Positions 11,290 to 21,264 of a DNA stretch of 64,000 bases are shown piece by piece. The notes under the pieces were generated by a model. The model was not told where the DNA came from, did not search any database, and saw only the letters and a list, made by a program, of their open reading frames with translations. The translations under genes were made by a program, and so were the position numbers. The first letter of the stretch is position 1. The number at the start of each line of letters is the position of its first letter. The stretch comes from Gammaproteobacteria bacterium (GTDB taxonomy: Bacteria > Pseudomonadota > Gammaproteobacteria > WFUO01), in NCBI GenBank assembly GCA_015484945.1, contig WFUO01000061.1, positions 88,066-152,065 on the forward strand. Reading direction: 5' to 3'.

Positions 11290-12150
11290 ATGAGCTGGTT
11301 CAAGAAACTCATGCCGTCACGGATTCAGGGCGGCGCCGAGAAACGCAGTGTGCCGGAAGGGCTGTGGAGCAAATGCGACAGCTGTGGCGCGGTGCTCTAC
11401 CGTGCCGATCTCGAGCGAAACATGGACGTCTGCCCGAAATGCGATCATCACATGCGCATTGGCGCGCGGCGCCGCCTGTCACTGTTCCTGGATCCTGAAC
11501 CGCGTACCGAGCTGTTCGCCTCACTGGAACCGGTCGATATACTCAAGTTTCGCGACAGCAAGAAATACAAGGATCGCATCAGCCAGGCACAGAAGAAGAC
11601 CGGCGAGAAGGATGCGCTGGTGGTCATGGAAGGGCAATTGAAGGGTCTGCCGCTCATCGCCGCGGCATTCGAGTTCGCCTTCATGGGCGGTTCCATGGGT
11701 TCGGTCGTGGGTGAGAAGTTCACCCGCGCAGTGCTGGCCTGTATCGAGCGTGGTATCCCGCTGGTGTGTTTCTCTGCCAGTGGCGGCGCACGCATGCAGG
11801 AGGCCCTGTTTTCGCTGATGCAAATGGCCAAGACCAGCGCCGCCCTGGCGCGCATGCGTGAACGGGGGATTCCCTTCATTTCGGTGCTCACCGACCCGAC
11901 CATGGGCGGCGTGTCTGCCAGCTTTGCGATGCTGGGTGACATCAATATCGGGGAACCCAACGCCCTGATCGGTTTTGCCGGTCCGCGGGTGATCGAACAG
12001 ACCGTGCGTGAAACCCTGCCGGACGGTTTCCAGCGCAGCGAATTCCTGCTTGAACACGGCGCCCTGGACATGATCGTCGATCGGCGCGAGATGCGCGACC
12101 GGCTGGCCAACCTGCTGGCCATGATGCAGCAAAAGCCATCCATCCAGTAG
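11290..12150 (+). CDS. accD: acetyl-CoA carboxylase carboxyltransferase beta subunit
   Basis: [10 protein letters not shown] start and the Zn-ribbon CDSCGAVLY...CPKCDHHMR. The trpA-accD-folC order matches E. coli. Confidence 0.95.
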   Translation: MSWFKKLMPSRIQGGAEKRSVPEGLWSKCDSCGAVLYRADLERNMDVCPKCDHHMRIGARRRLSLFLDPEPRTELFASLEPVDILKFRDSKKYKDRISQAQKKTGEKDALVVMEGQLKGLPLIAAAFEFAFMGGSMGSVVGEKFTRAVLACIERGIPLVCFSASGGARMQEALFSLMQMAKTSAALARMRERGIPFISVLTDPTMGGVSASFAMLGDINIGEPNALIGFAGPRVIEQTVRETLPDGFQRSEFLLEHGALDMIVDRREMRDRLANLLAMMQQKPSIQ

Positions 12151-12154
12151 GAGC

Positions 12155-13417
12155 GTGCGTTTCCGTACCCTGAAGGAATGGCTGTGCTGGCAGGAGCGCC
12201 TGCATCCTCAAGATATCGAGCTGGGCCTCGAACGGATTGCGCCGGTGTGGCGGCGGCTGCATCCTGAAGGCATTGGATGCCCGGTCGTCACCGTGGCCGG
12301 CACCAATGGCAAGGGTTCCAGCGTCGCCATGCTCGATGCCATCCTGCGCGCGGCCGGTTACCGGACCGCCTGCTATACCTCACCCCATTTGTGGCGTTAC
12401 AACGAACGCATTCGCATCGACGGCGCCGAGGCCAGTGACGATGCGCTGTGCCGGGCCTTCGAAGCCGTCGATGCCGCACGCGATGGGGTTCCGCTGACCT
12501 ATTTCGAGTTCGGCACGTTGGCGGCATTGTATCTGTTTGCACATGCCAGACCGGACATCGTCATCCTCGAGGTCGGCCTGGGTGGCCGGCTCGACGCGGT
12601 CAATGTCGTGGATGCCGACGTCGCGCTGCTGACATCCATTGGCATCGATCACACCGACTGGCTGGGCGATACGCGTGAACAGATCGGTCACGAGAAGGCC
12701 GGCGTGTTCCGTACCGGGCAGGCCGCCATCTGCGCCGACCTGGATCCGCCGGCCAGTGTGGTGGCGCATGCCATGGCGATCGGTGCCGATCTGTGGCGGG
12801 CCGGGCGTGACTTCGGCTATCAACGGCAGGCAGATGGCTGGGACTGGCGGGGTCGGCGTCTCCGGCGCCCGGGTCTGCCGCTGCCGGCCCTGCGTGGACG
12901 CGTACAGCTTGGTAACGCGGCCGGTGTGCTGGCGGTGCTGGAGGCGCTGGTGGATCGCCTGCCGGTTGATCAGGCGGCCGTGCGTGAAGGTTTGCAGCAT
13001 GCGCGTCTGCCGGGCCGTTTCGAGGTTGTGAGCGGCCCGCCGACATGGATTTTCGATGTATCGCACAATCGCGACGGGCTTGCGGTATTGCACGAGAATC
13101 TTGCCCTGCACGCCTGTAACGGCCGGACCCTGGCAGTGTTTTCGATGCTGGCCGACAAGTCTCTCGAGGAATCGGTGCGAGTACTGGCGGACGACATCGA
13201 TCACTGGTTTGTGGCCGGTCTCGACGTGGCGCGTGGCCTGGACGGTGATACCCTGGCCCGGCGGCTTTCCACGGTTGTCGATGACGAGCGTATCACGGTG
13301 TGCGGCACGGTTGCCGACGCGGCACGCTCGGCAATGGCGAATGCCAGGGAAGATGAACGGATTTTGGTGTTTGGATCGTTTCATACCGTAGCGCAGGCAA
13401 GGCGGGCGTGCTTATAA
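12155..13417 (+). CDS. folC: bifunctional dihydrofolate synthase/folylpolyglutamate synthase
   Basis: Mur-ligase P-loop VTVAGTNGKGS, and the position after accD matches the family and synteny. Confidence 0.9.
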   Translation: MRFRTLKEWLCWQERLHPQDIELGLERIAPVWRRLHPEGIGCPVVTVAGTNGKGSSVAMLDAILRAAGYRTACYTSPHLWRYNERIRIDGAEASDDALCRAFEAVDAARDGVPLTYFEFGTLAALYLFAHARPDIVILEVGLGGRLDAVNVVDADVALLTSIGIDHTDWLGDTREQIGHEKAGVFRTGQAAICADLDPPASVVAHAMAIGADLWRAGRDFGYQRQADGWDWRGRRLRRPGLPLPALRGRVQLGNAAGVLAVLEALVDRLPVDQAAVREGLQHARLPGRFEVVSGPPTWIFDVSHNRDGLAVLHENLALHACNGRTLAVFSMLADKSLEESVRVLADDIDHWFVAGLDVARGLDGDTLARRLSTVVDDERITVCGTVADAARSAMANAREDERILVFGSFHTVAQARRACL

Positions 13418-13465
13418 TACGGGCAGTCGGATCCGGCGCATGAAGCGGTCGGCAAGGAAAAACGG

Positions 13466-14113
13466 GTGGAGCTTTTGTTGAAACAGAGACTGGTCGGCGC
13501 AGCCGTTATCATCGCCCTGGCGGTCATCGTGCTGCCGATGATCTTCCAGGGCAAGGGCCAGCAGGGCATACGCGAGATACCGGAAATGCCCGAGGTGCGC
13601 GGACCGGCCAACAAGGGCATCATCCGTGAACAGCCGGTTCCCGATGCCGGTGAAAGACCGTCCATCGTTGGCAGGGGACCGGACAGGACGGCCCGCAAGC
13701 ACGAACGCGTGTCTGACGGTAAGGTACGCGCCAGAACCAGCGGCAAGGTCGAACGCAGTCCGGCCAGGCCATCCGCGCCCAGCAAGTCCACCGACAAGCC
13801 GGCCAGCAAACCTGTGGCCAAATCAACGGCCGGTTCCGCTGTTCAACCCGCCGCCAAGGCGTCACCATCCAATCCGTCGTGGGTGATCCAGGTTGGCAGT
13901 TTCAGCACCCGTTCGCGCGCCCTGGCCGTGAGGGACCGCCTGCGCGGCATGAAACTGCATGCCTTCGTCGATGTTCTTACACGTCAGGGGACGGCGCGCC
14001 TGTATCGTGTCCGCATTGGCCCCTTCGCCGTCAGGCGCCAGGCACAGCAGGCGCTCAAACGCCTGCGCAGGAACAAGGACTATGCCAAGAGTTTCATCAC
14101 CAGCCACCCGTGA
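13466..14113 (+). CDS. SPOR-domain cell-division protein (DedD-like)
   Basis: N-terminal TM anchor (LVGAAVIIALAVIVLPMIF), a low-complexity linker and a C-terminal SPOR-type domain (WVIQVGSFSTRSRALAVRDRL...YRVRIGPF). It sits in the folC-dedD-cvpA-purF position. It starts with GTG. Confidence 0.8.
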   Translation: MELLLKQRLVGAAVIIALAVIVLPMIFQGKGQQGIREIPEMPEVRGPANKGIIREQPVPDAGERPSIVGRGPDRTARKHERVSDGKVRARTSGKVERSPARPSAPSKSTDKPASKPVAKSTAGSAVQPAAKASPSNPSWVIQVGSFSTRSRALAVRDRLRGMKLHAFVDVLTRQGTARLYRVRIGPFAVRRQAQQALKRLRRNKDYAKSFITSHP

Positions 14114-14275
14114 ATCACGCTGCAAATATCGTTTGATCCCGTCGTGTGTATCCCCGGATTGCGCGACGTCTCATCCGGGTTGCCGCGTGTCTGATTGCGT
14201 TTCAGACCAGCCTGGCAGCGGATGTGACCATTTCTGTTTGCAAGGACGCCACGCTGGTCGGCCCGGGAGCACTGC

Positions 14276-14767
14276 ATGAACTGGATCGATATCGCTGTTC
14301 TCGCCATTGTCGTATTGTCCGCAGTCATCAGTCTGTGGCGTGGTTTCGTACGCGAAGCCTTGTCACTGACCAATTGGGTATTGGCGATCTGGGTTTCCAT
14401 CAGCTTCGCACACGACCTCTCGGGCTTGCTGGAGAACAGCATCAGGTCGCCCAACGTGCGGCTCAGTGTGGCCTTCGGGGTATTGTTTCTCGCAACCCTG
14501 ATCATAGGCGCATTGGTCATTTACCTGGTCACTCAACTGGTGCGCAAGACCGGCATGACCGGGACCGACCGCATGCTGGGTGTGATATTTGGTATTGCGC
14601 GCGGCATCATGGTGATCGGTATCCTGGTACTGCTGGCGGGGCTGACCGGCCTGCCCAAGGAACCCTGGTGGGAACAGTCGGCACTGTTGCCATATTTTCA
14701 GGATCTGGCGGTCTGGATCAGGGGCTTTCTTCCGGCCGACGTGGCTGGCAACTTCGTCTTCAAATGA
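14276..14767 (+). CDS. cvpA: colicin V production membrane protein
   Basis: MNWIDIAVLAIVVLSAVISLWRGFVREALSL is a typical CvpA N-terminus. It has four TM helices and precedes purF. Confidence 0.88.
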   Translation: MNWIDIAVLAIVVLSAVISLWRGFVREALSLTNWVLAIWVSISFAHDLSGLLENSIRSPNVRLSVAFGVLFLATLIIGALVIYLVTQLVRKTGMTGTDRMLGVIFGIARGIMVIGILVLLAGLTGLPKEPWWEQSALLPYFQDLAVWIRGFLPADVAGNFVFK

Positions 14768-14837
14768 ATGCGGCAGTATGGCGGGAATCGTCGTATAATG
14801 GCGCCTCGCCACACCAAGGCAAGCAGGGGTAGATAGC

Positions 14838-16373
14838 ATGTGCGGCATTGTCGGGATCGTTTCCGGTAAACCGGTCAACCAGGCCATCTATGATGCCTTG
14901 ACGGTATTGCAACACCGTGGCCAGGACGCCGCCGGGATCATGACCTGCGACGACGAAGGCCGTCTGTATCTGCGCAAGGACAACGGCCTGGTACGCGACG
15001 TGTTTCATACCCGGCACATGGTCAGGCTGCGAGGCAACATCGGCATCGGTCATGTACGCTATCCCACGGCCGGCTGTTCGAGCTCTGCCGAGGCGCAGCC
15101 GTTCTATGTCAATTCTCCATACGGTATTTCACTGGCGCACAATGGCAATCTCACCAACGCCGCCGAGCTCAAGCGCGACCTGTTTCGTGAAGATCTGCGC
15201 CATATCAATACCGATTCCGATTCCGAGATCCTGCTCAACGTGTTTGCCCACGAAATACAGCGCCAGGGCAAGCTGCGCGTCAACGAGGACGATGTTTTCG
15301 AAGCCATAGCGCGTGTTCACCAGCGTTGCCGTGGCGGCTATGCGGCGGTGGCCATGATCACCGGTTACTGTATCGTCGGCTTCCGCGACCCGTATGGTAT
15401 TCGTCCACTGGTGTATGGCAAGCGCGAGACCGATGACGGGCAGGTCGAGTACATGATCGCATCCGAGAGCGTGGCCCTGGATACACAGGGATTCGAGCTC
15501 ATTCGTGATGTCGCGCCTGGAGAGGCGGTGGTGATCGACAAGGAGGGCAACCTGTTCACACGTCAGTGCGCGAGCAACCCGGGGCATGCGCCATGCCTGT
15601 TCGAGTTCGTCTATTTTGCCAGGCCCGACACCATCATCGACGAGGTTTCGGTTTACAAGGCTCGCCTGCGCATGGGCAAGACGCTTGCCAGCAAGATCAC
15701 CCGTGAGCGGCCCGATCATGACATTGACGTGGTGATCCCGATTCCGGATACCAGCCGCACCGCAGCCTTGTCACTGGCCTACAGGCTGGGCGTCAACTAC
15801 CAGGAAGGATTCATCAAGAACCGTTACATTGGCCGCACTTTCATCATGCCCGGGCAGACACAGCGCAAGAAATCGGTGCGCCAGAAGCTCAATGCCATCG
15901 AACTGGAATTCAAGGGCAAAAACGTACTGCTGGTGGACGATTCCATCGTGCGCGGCACCACCTCGCAGCAGATCATCCAGATGGCGCGTGACGCCGGCGC
16001 CAACAAGGTCTATTTCGCCTCGGCCGCGCCGCCTGTGCGTTATCCCAATGTTTACGGCATCGACATGCCCAGCGCCGAGGAATTGATCGCGCACGGCCGC
16101 AGCGAGGAAGAAGTAGCCGCCGCGATCGGCGCCGACTGGCTGGTCTATCAGGATCTGGACGATCTCAAGCAGGCGGTGCGCAAGGGCAACGACAGCATCA
16201 CCGATTTCGATTCATCGGTGTTTGATGGCTACTACGTTACCGGCGACGTCGATCAGGGCTATCTCGACCATCTGCAACAGGTGCGCAACGACAACGCCAA
16301 GGCAAAGCGGGAAAGCGCGATCCTCGACCTGAGCGAGAGTGGTGGTCCGATTGATATCCACAACTCACGATAG
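14838..16373 (+). CDS. purF: amidophosphoribosyltransferase
   Basis: MCGIVGIV Ntn-Cys start, and the PRTase motif [13 protein letters not shown]. Confidence 0.96.
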   Translation: MCGIVGIVSGKPVNQAIYDALTVLQHRGQDAAGIMTCDDEGRLYLRKDNGLVRDVFHTRHMVRLRGNIGIGHVRYPTAGCSSSAEAQPFYVNSPYGISLAHNGNLTNAAELKRDLFREDLRHINTDSDSEILLNVFAHEIQRQGKLRVNEDDVFEAIARVHQRCRGGYAAVAMITGYCIVGFRDPYGIRPLVYGKRETDDGQVEYMIASESVALDTQGFELIRDVAPGEAVVIDKEGNLFTRQCASNPGHAPCLFEFVYFARPDTIIDEVSVYKARLRMGKTLASKITRERPDHDIDVVIPIPDTSRTAALSLAYRLGVNYQEGFIKNRYIGRTFIMPGQTQRKKSVRQKLNAIELEFKGKNVLLVDDSIVRGTTSQQIIQMARDAGANKVYFASAAPPVRYPNVYGIDMPSAEELIAHGRSEEEVAAAIGADWLVYQDLDDLKQAVRKGNDSITDFDSSVFDGYYVTGDVDQGYLDHLQQVRNDNAKAKRESAILDLSESGGPIDIHNSR

Positions 16374-16512
16374 GGCGGGTTTCAACGAAGAGACAAAACA
16401 CCGGCTCCAGGTATTTTGATTGCCTGGTACCGCACATGAAGTGACCATAGTCTCGTTAAATCATTCCTTACGAATGTTGACATGACTCCTTCGGTTGGCT
16501 AGCCTGTATTCA

Positions 16513-16568
16513 GGCGCCGATTTGAGTTTCAGCTTGCGGGCGCGATACAAATACAGCTAAAGCGAGGT
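16513..16568 (+). promoter_or_regulatory. candidate structured 5' leader of metZ (possible SAM-II-like pseudoknot)
   Basis: A sigma70-like promoter lies upstream (TTGACA 16477-16482, 17-nt spacer, TAGCCT). The leader GCGCCGAUUUGAGUUUCAGCUUGCGGGCGC...ACAGCUAAAGC has a GCGCC/GGCGC stem, a U-rich loop with AGCUU, and a downstream AGCUAAAGC. That downstream segment can alternatively pair with GCUUUAGC at 16574-16581. The match to SAM-II is from memory only. Confidence 0.3.
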
Positions 16569-16638
16569 CAGCCTGCTTTAGCCGATGCTCGAGCGGGTTT
16601 TTTTGTGCCCGCCCGGATCAACACAGGGAGTAACGGGC

Positions 16639-17820
16639 ATGAACGACAACGACGACAGCGGCTACGCTCTCGAAACCCTTGCCGTGCGGGCGGGCCAGCA
16701 TCGCACGGGCGAGGGCGAGCACAGCGAACCGATCTTTCCCACGTCCAGCTATGTGTTTGGCAGCGCCGCCGAAGCGGCGGCGCGTTTTGCCGGCGATGAG
16801 CCGGGCAACATCTATTCACGTTTCACCAACCCCACGGTGCGTACTTTCGAGGAACGCCTGGCCGCGCTCGAGGGCGGTGAACGCTGTGTGGCCACTGCAT
16901 CCGGCATGGCCGCCATTCTCGCCACCTGTCTGGGCCTGCTCGAACAGGGACAGCACATTGTTTCGTCGCGTTCGATCTTCGGCAGCACCGTGGTGTTGTT
17001 CGACAAGTATCTGTCGCGTTGCGGTATCCAGACCAGCTATGTCCCGATCGACGATCTCGACGCCTGGGATGCCGCCATCCGGCCGGAGACCGGACTGTTG
17101 TTCGTCGAAACGCCATCCAACCCGCTTACCGAGATGGCCGACATCGAAGCGCTGGCGAAGCTGGCCCATGCGCGTGATTGCCTGCTGGTGGTTGACAACT
17201 GCTTTTGCACCCCGGCCTTGCAACGGCCGTTGGCGCTGGGCGCCGACATCGTCATCCACTCGGCCACCAAGTATCTCGACGGCCAGGGGCGCTGCGTCGG
17301 TGGCGCCGTGGTCGGCGACGCGCAACTGGTGGGTGAGGATGTGTACGGCTTCCTGCGAACCGCGGGACCGAGCATGAGCCCGTTCAACGCCTGGGTGTTT
17401 CTAAAGGGTTTGGAGACGTTGCCGTTGCGCATGCAGGCGCATTGCGCGAACGCCCTGGCGTTGGCGCAATGGCTGGAGCAGCAGCCGCAGATCGAACGTG
17501 TCTATTATCCGGGTCTGGTTTCGCATCCCCGGCACGGTCTGGCCGAGCGTCAGATGAGTGGTTTTGGCGGCATCGTGGCCTTCGATGTGGCCGGTGGCCG
17601 GGAGGCCGCCTGGCGCCTGATCGACGCCACCCGGATGTTGTCGATTACGGCCAACCTCGGTGACACAAAGACCACCATCACCCATCCGGCCACCACCACG
17701 CACGGCCGCCTGAGTCCCGAAGCGCGCCTTCAGGCGGGCATTGGTGACGGTCTGGTGCGCGTGGCTGTGGGCCTGGAATCCATTGACGATATCCAGGCCG
17801 ATATCGCGCGAGGTCTGTGA
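16639..17820 (+). CDS. metZ: O-succinylhomoserine sulfhydrylase (PLP-dependent Cys/Met metabolism family)
   Basis: MNDNDDSGYALETLAVRAG..., PLP-lysine motif HSATKYLDGQG, and the purF-metZ adjacency known from Pseudomonas. GGGAG Shine-Dalgarno before the ATG at 16639. Confidence 0.88.
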   Translation: MNDNDDSGYALETLAVRAGQHRTGEGEHSEPIFPTSSYVFGSAAEAAARFAGDEPGNIYSRFTNPTVRTFEERLAALEGGERCVATASGMAAILATCLGLLEQGQHIVSSRSIFGSTVVLFDKYLSRCGIQTSYVPIDDLDAWDAAIRPETGLLFVETPSNPLTEMADIEALAKLAHARDCLLVVDNCFCTPALQRPLALGADIVIHSATKYLDGQGRCVGGAVVGDAQLVGEDVYGFLRTAGPSMSPFNAWVFLKGLETLPLRMQAHCANALALAQWLEQQPQIERVYYPGLVSHPRHGLAERQMSGFGGIVAFDVAGGREAAWRLIDATRMLSITANLGDTKTTITHPATTTHGRLSPEARLQAGIGDGLVRVAVGLESIDDIQADIARGL

Positions 17821-18659
17821 AAGGCACGGTGGAACCCGTCATACCCAGCCTGCATGACCAGGCACTGGCCTGTCTCATGTGCGACGATCCGGATGCCAAG
17901 CTGGTCCTGACCGGCGAAGTGGCGCAGGCCTGGCGTGCGGGACGGCTGGTGGCCGGTGGGGGCGGGCCGGTGCATCCGGTGCCGGTGCCCGGTCGTCCGC
18001 TACGACCGGTACTGGTACCACCAGCACGGGTGCCCCGCCGCCAGCTCGGCACGGCGCGCGGCCGCGCGGCGCTGATCCATGCGCTTGCGCACATCGAGTT
18101 CAATGCCATCAATCTGGCTTGGGATGCCGTGTACCGCTTTCGTGGCATGCCGGCCGGGTTCTACGATGATTGGGTCAGGGTGGCCGATGAAGAGGCGCTG
18201 CATTTTCGCCTGCTGCGTGAACGCCTGCGCCAGCTTGACCATGATTATGGTGATTTCGATGCCCACAATGGCCTGTGGGAGATGGCCTGCAAGACCGCGC
18301 ATGACGTGCTGGTGCGCATGGCGCTGGTGCCGCGCGTGCTGGAGGCACGGGGTCTTGATGTGACACCCGGGATGATGAAAAAATTACGCCATTGTGGCGA
18401 TCAGGCCACGGTGGATATTCTGGAAATCATCCTGCGTGACGAAATCGGACATGTCGCCATCGGTACCACGTGGTATCGTTATTGCTGCGAACAGCGCGGC
18501 CTGGATCCGGAAGACACCTTCGATGCGCTGATCGACGAATACATGCAGGGGCACATCCGCGAACCCTTCCACGAACAGGCCCGCAAGGCCGCCGGTTTCA
18601 GCGACGCAGAGATGGACAGACTGAAACGACACGCCAGAGGTAACGGAGAAAAACCATGA
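17817..18659 (+). CDS. DUF455-family ferritin-like protein
   Basis: The GTG start overlaps the metZ stop (GTGA). Motifs ALIHALAHIEFNAINLAWD and LRDEIGHVAIG fit a di-iron/ferritin-like fold of the DUF455 type. Confidence 0.75.
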   Translation: MKGTVEPVIPSLHDQALACLMCDDPDAKLVLTGEVAQAWRAGRLVAGGGGPVHPVPVPGRPLRPVLVPPARVPRRQLGTARGRAALIHALAHIEFNAINLAWDAVYRFRGMPAGFYDDWVRVADEEALHFRLLRERLRQLDHDYGDFDAHNGLWEMACKTAHDVLVRMALVPRVLEARGLDVTPGMMKKLRHCGDQATVDILEIILRDEIGHVAIGTTWYRYCCEQRGLDPEDTFDALIDEYMQGHIREPFHEQARKAAGFSDAEMDRLKRHARGNGEKP

Positions 18660-19429
18660 GAAGCAGATACGTCATCGTTGCCATGCTGGTATCACTGGTC
18701 ACCCTGCTTGCAGGGTGTGAGGGCAAGCCTTCCAATGCCGCCGGCACACCTGCATCCAAGACCACCGGTCGCAGCATGGTACTGATGCTCAAATACCAGG
18801 AGAGCGAACCCGGCGTCGATCCGTATGTGACGCGGGTACTGATTTCGCCACGCTTCGTGCGCTTCGACGACGACAAGGACGACAGCGACTATGTGCTGTT
18901 CGATCGCAAGCTGCGCACCATCTACAGTGTCGGGCACGACAACCGCGCGATTCTCGTCGTTCATGATCGCCGCATCACAGAGGTCTCACCGGTGGTTCTT
19001 AAACCCGGCATCGACACCAGTATCGACAAGGCCGCGCCGCGTATCGGCGGGCACCAGACCCGCAGGGTGCGTCTGCTGGTTAACGGCAAGGTGTGCCGGC
19101 GCATGTACGTGGTGCCCGGCATGTTGCCCGAGGCCGTGCAGGCACTCAAGGAATTCCGCCGCGTATTGGCCGGCAAGCTGGCTGCCAATATCTCCAAGAC
19201 ACCGGTCGGATTGCAGGACCCGTGCTTCCTTCAGGACGAAGTGTTCACCTCGCAGCGCAAACTGCAATACGGGCTGCCCATACAGGAATGGAAAAACAAC
19301 GACAGCACCCGGTTGCTGGTGGACTACAACGAGCAGTATCCGGTGCTCGACAGCCTGTTCACGCTGCCACCGGGCTACCGCCGATACACCGTCGGCAAAC
19401 AGGGAATGCGTGACGAACCCACGAGCTAG
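18656..19429 (+). CDS. hypothetical lipoprotein
   Basis: The ATG overlaps the upstream stop (ATGA). It has a signal peptide with lipobox LLAGC. I recognise no family. Confidence 0.7.
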   Translation: MRSRYVIVAMLVSLVTLLAGCEGKPSNAAGTPASKTTGRSMVLMLKYQESEPGVDPYVTRVLISPRFVRFDDDKDDSDYVLFDRKLRTIYSVGHDNRAILVVHDRRITEVSPVVLKPGIDTSIDKAAPRIGGHQTRRVRLLVNGKVCRRMYVVPGMLPEAVQALKEFRRVLAGKLAANISKTPVGLQDPCFLQDEVFTSQRKLQYGLPIQEWKNNDSTRLLVDYNEQYPVLDSLFTLPPGYRRYTVGKQGMRDEPTS

Positions 19430-19460
19430 AGCAGTTGTTTCATCAGCCGATTCGAATTCT

Positions 19461-19487
19461 GTGGCCTGCATGCAGGCCACGTTTCTG
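19461..19487 (+). terminator. probable terminator hairpin
   Basis: A perfect 20-nt palindrome GTGGCCTGCATGCAGGCCAC is followed by GTTTCTG. Confidence 0.55.
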
Positions 19488-19545
19488 ACCGATTCTGGAC
19501 AGCGCTGGCTGTGTTGCGGCTGGTGCTGGCAAACGGCATGAACCA

Positions 19546-19653
19546 AACACGGAGCACACAGAGGCACAGGGCCACGGAGAAAATTCTTGTGGTGTCTTGA
19601 AAGGCCTTTCCAACTCCACCTCTGTGACTCCGTGTCTCTGTGACCTCTGTGTT
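19546..19653. repeat. palindromic CAC(A/G)GAG-unit repeat (family 1, copy 2)
   Basis: Left arm aacacggagcacacagaggcacagggccacggag and right arm ctccacctctgtgactccgtgtctctgtgacctctgtgtt flank a spacer of about 35 nt. Confidence 0.7.
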
Positions 19654-19776
19654 GGCTACCCGCTGTTCGGGCGGAGTTTCCCGCATTTCAGCCTTCGGTC
19701 AGGGTGTGGGGCATGGTTTTCAATGACCTGAAAACACGTGTTCCCAGTGGTTGATAACCACTGTCAGGATGGCATG

Positions 19777-20499
19777 TCAGATGCTTTCCAGCATACAGCC
19801 ATTGCGGCTGACGCGCAGTACGCTGCCGCGCTCGCCCCAGTCGCCGAGCACGATGCGTACGGCGGGTTCGCCCTCGATGAAATGGTCGTGAATATCCGGG
19901 CGGTGAGTATGTCCGTGAATCATCTGGCTGACACCGTAGGCCCGCATCACACGCTCGACCTCGGCGGTATTGACATCGAGGATATCGGCACGCTTGCGCG
20001 CCGTCTCTTCACGGCTGCGCCGGCGCAGATCGGCGACGATCTCGCGCCGACGCTGTAGCGGCTGGGCGAGAAACTCGTTCTGCCAGTCCGGGGCACGCAC
20101 CTGTTCACGGAATCGCTGATAGTCGTGGTCGTCTATACACAGGCTGTCGCCATGCAGCAACAGGGTGGGGGTGCCATAGAGATCGATACGCAATGGATCG
20201 TCGATGAGTGTGCAGCCACTGCGCCGGGCAAAGGTCTCACCGATCAGGAAATCGCGGTTGCCGTGCATGAGGAAAACAGGCGTACCTGATTCGGTGACCT
20301 TCCTGATCGCCTGTGTTACCTCATTGCCCAAGGCACCGTCGTCATCATCGCCGATCCACGCATCGAACAGATCACCCAGAATGTACACGGCCTCGGCGGC
20401 GGTTGCGTATTCGGCGAGGAAGTCGAAGAACAGGCCGGTCAGTGCCGGCCTGTCGGGGTCGAGATGCAGATCGGAAATGAACAGGGTTTCCCGTCTCAA
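19777..20499 (-). CDS. lpxH: UDP-2,3-diacylglucosamine hydrolase
   Basis: Calcineurin-like motifs FISDLHL and [15 protein letters not shown] are present. It lies downstream of ppiB as in E. coli. Confidence 0.93.
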   Translation of the reverse strand: MRRETLFISDLHLDPDRPALTGLFFDFLAEYATAAEAVYILGDLFDAWIGDDDDGALGNEVTQAIRKVTESGTPVFLMHGNRDFLIGETFARRSGCTLIDDPLRIDLYGTPTLLLHGDSLCIDDHDYQRFREQVRAPDWQNEFLAQPLQRRREIVADLRRRSREETARKRADILDVNTAEVERVMRAYGVSQMIHGHTHRPDIHDHFIEGEPAVRIVLGDWGERGSVLRVSRNGCMLESI

Positions 20500-21020
20500 T
20501 CCCGGCCTTCCTCGTCGTCCTTTTCGTCGATGATGGTCACGCTCTCTATGACGACATCTTCCTCCGGCACATCCTGGTGGCCGGCCGATGAGGTGGTCTT
20601 TACCTTGGCAATGGCGTTGACCGCGTCCATCCCCTCGACAACGCGCCCAAATACACAGTAGCCGTAGCCCTGCATATCGGCGCTCTTGAAGTTGAGAAAG
20701 TCGTTGTCGGCCACGTTGATGAAGAACTGGGCCGTAGCCGAATGGGGATCCGGGGTGCGTGCCATGGCGACGGTGCCAATGCTGTTGCGCAGGCCGTTGT
20801 CAGCCTCGTTTTCGATCGGGTCACGGGTCTGTTTCTGGCGCATGCCTGGTTCGAAGCCGCCGCCCTGGATCATGAAACCGGGGATCACGCGATGGAAGAT
20901 GGTGCCGTTGTAGAAGCCGTCGCGGGCGTACTGGACGAAATTGGCCACCGTCTTCGGCGCCTTTTCTTCATCCAGTTCGAGAATGATGGGTCCATGGCTG
21001 GTCTGTATTGATGCCTTCAT
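20496..21020 (-). CDS. ppiB: peptidyl-prolyl cis-trans isomerase B (cyclophilin type)
   Basis: [15 protein letters not shown] and [19 protein letters not shown] cyclophilin motifs are present. Confidence 0.95.
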   Translation of the reverse strand: MKASIQTSHGPIILELDEEKAPKTVANFVQYARDGFYNGTIFHRVIPGFMIQGGGFEPGMRQKQTRDPIENEADNGLRNSIGTVAMARTPDPHSATAQFFINVADNDFLNFKSADMQGYGYCVFGRVVEGMDAVNAIAKVKTTSSAGHQDVPEEDVVIESVTIIDEKDDEEGRD

Positions 21021-21264
21021 AGAATACCTCTTGAGTCGTTTCGGCCCCGTTTGACAACGGGGTTCCCTGCCGGTTCAATGCCTGGCCGGGGTGCCATGAT
21101 ATAGTGTTTGGCGGGGCGTCAAAAGCGGTAATTTCGCAAAAATTCATGACTTTTGCCGTTTCCGGCATCGTCCGGCAGCCTCCGGTGGCGGTTTTGTGGC
21201 CATGCGCGCTTTCCGTTACCATAGCGGTTTCATGGAAAAACAGCGGTCCGCAGGCGCTACAGAT

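Noticed and set aside
14146-14832. A 228-aa ORF overlapping cvpA in another frame.
   Set aside because: cvpA in the 14276 frame has the canonical N-terminus and TM pattern. The overlapping frame is Arg/Gly-rich with no features.
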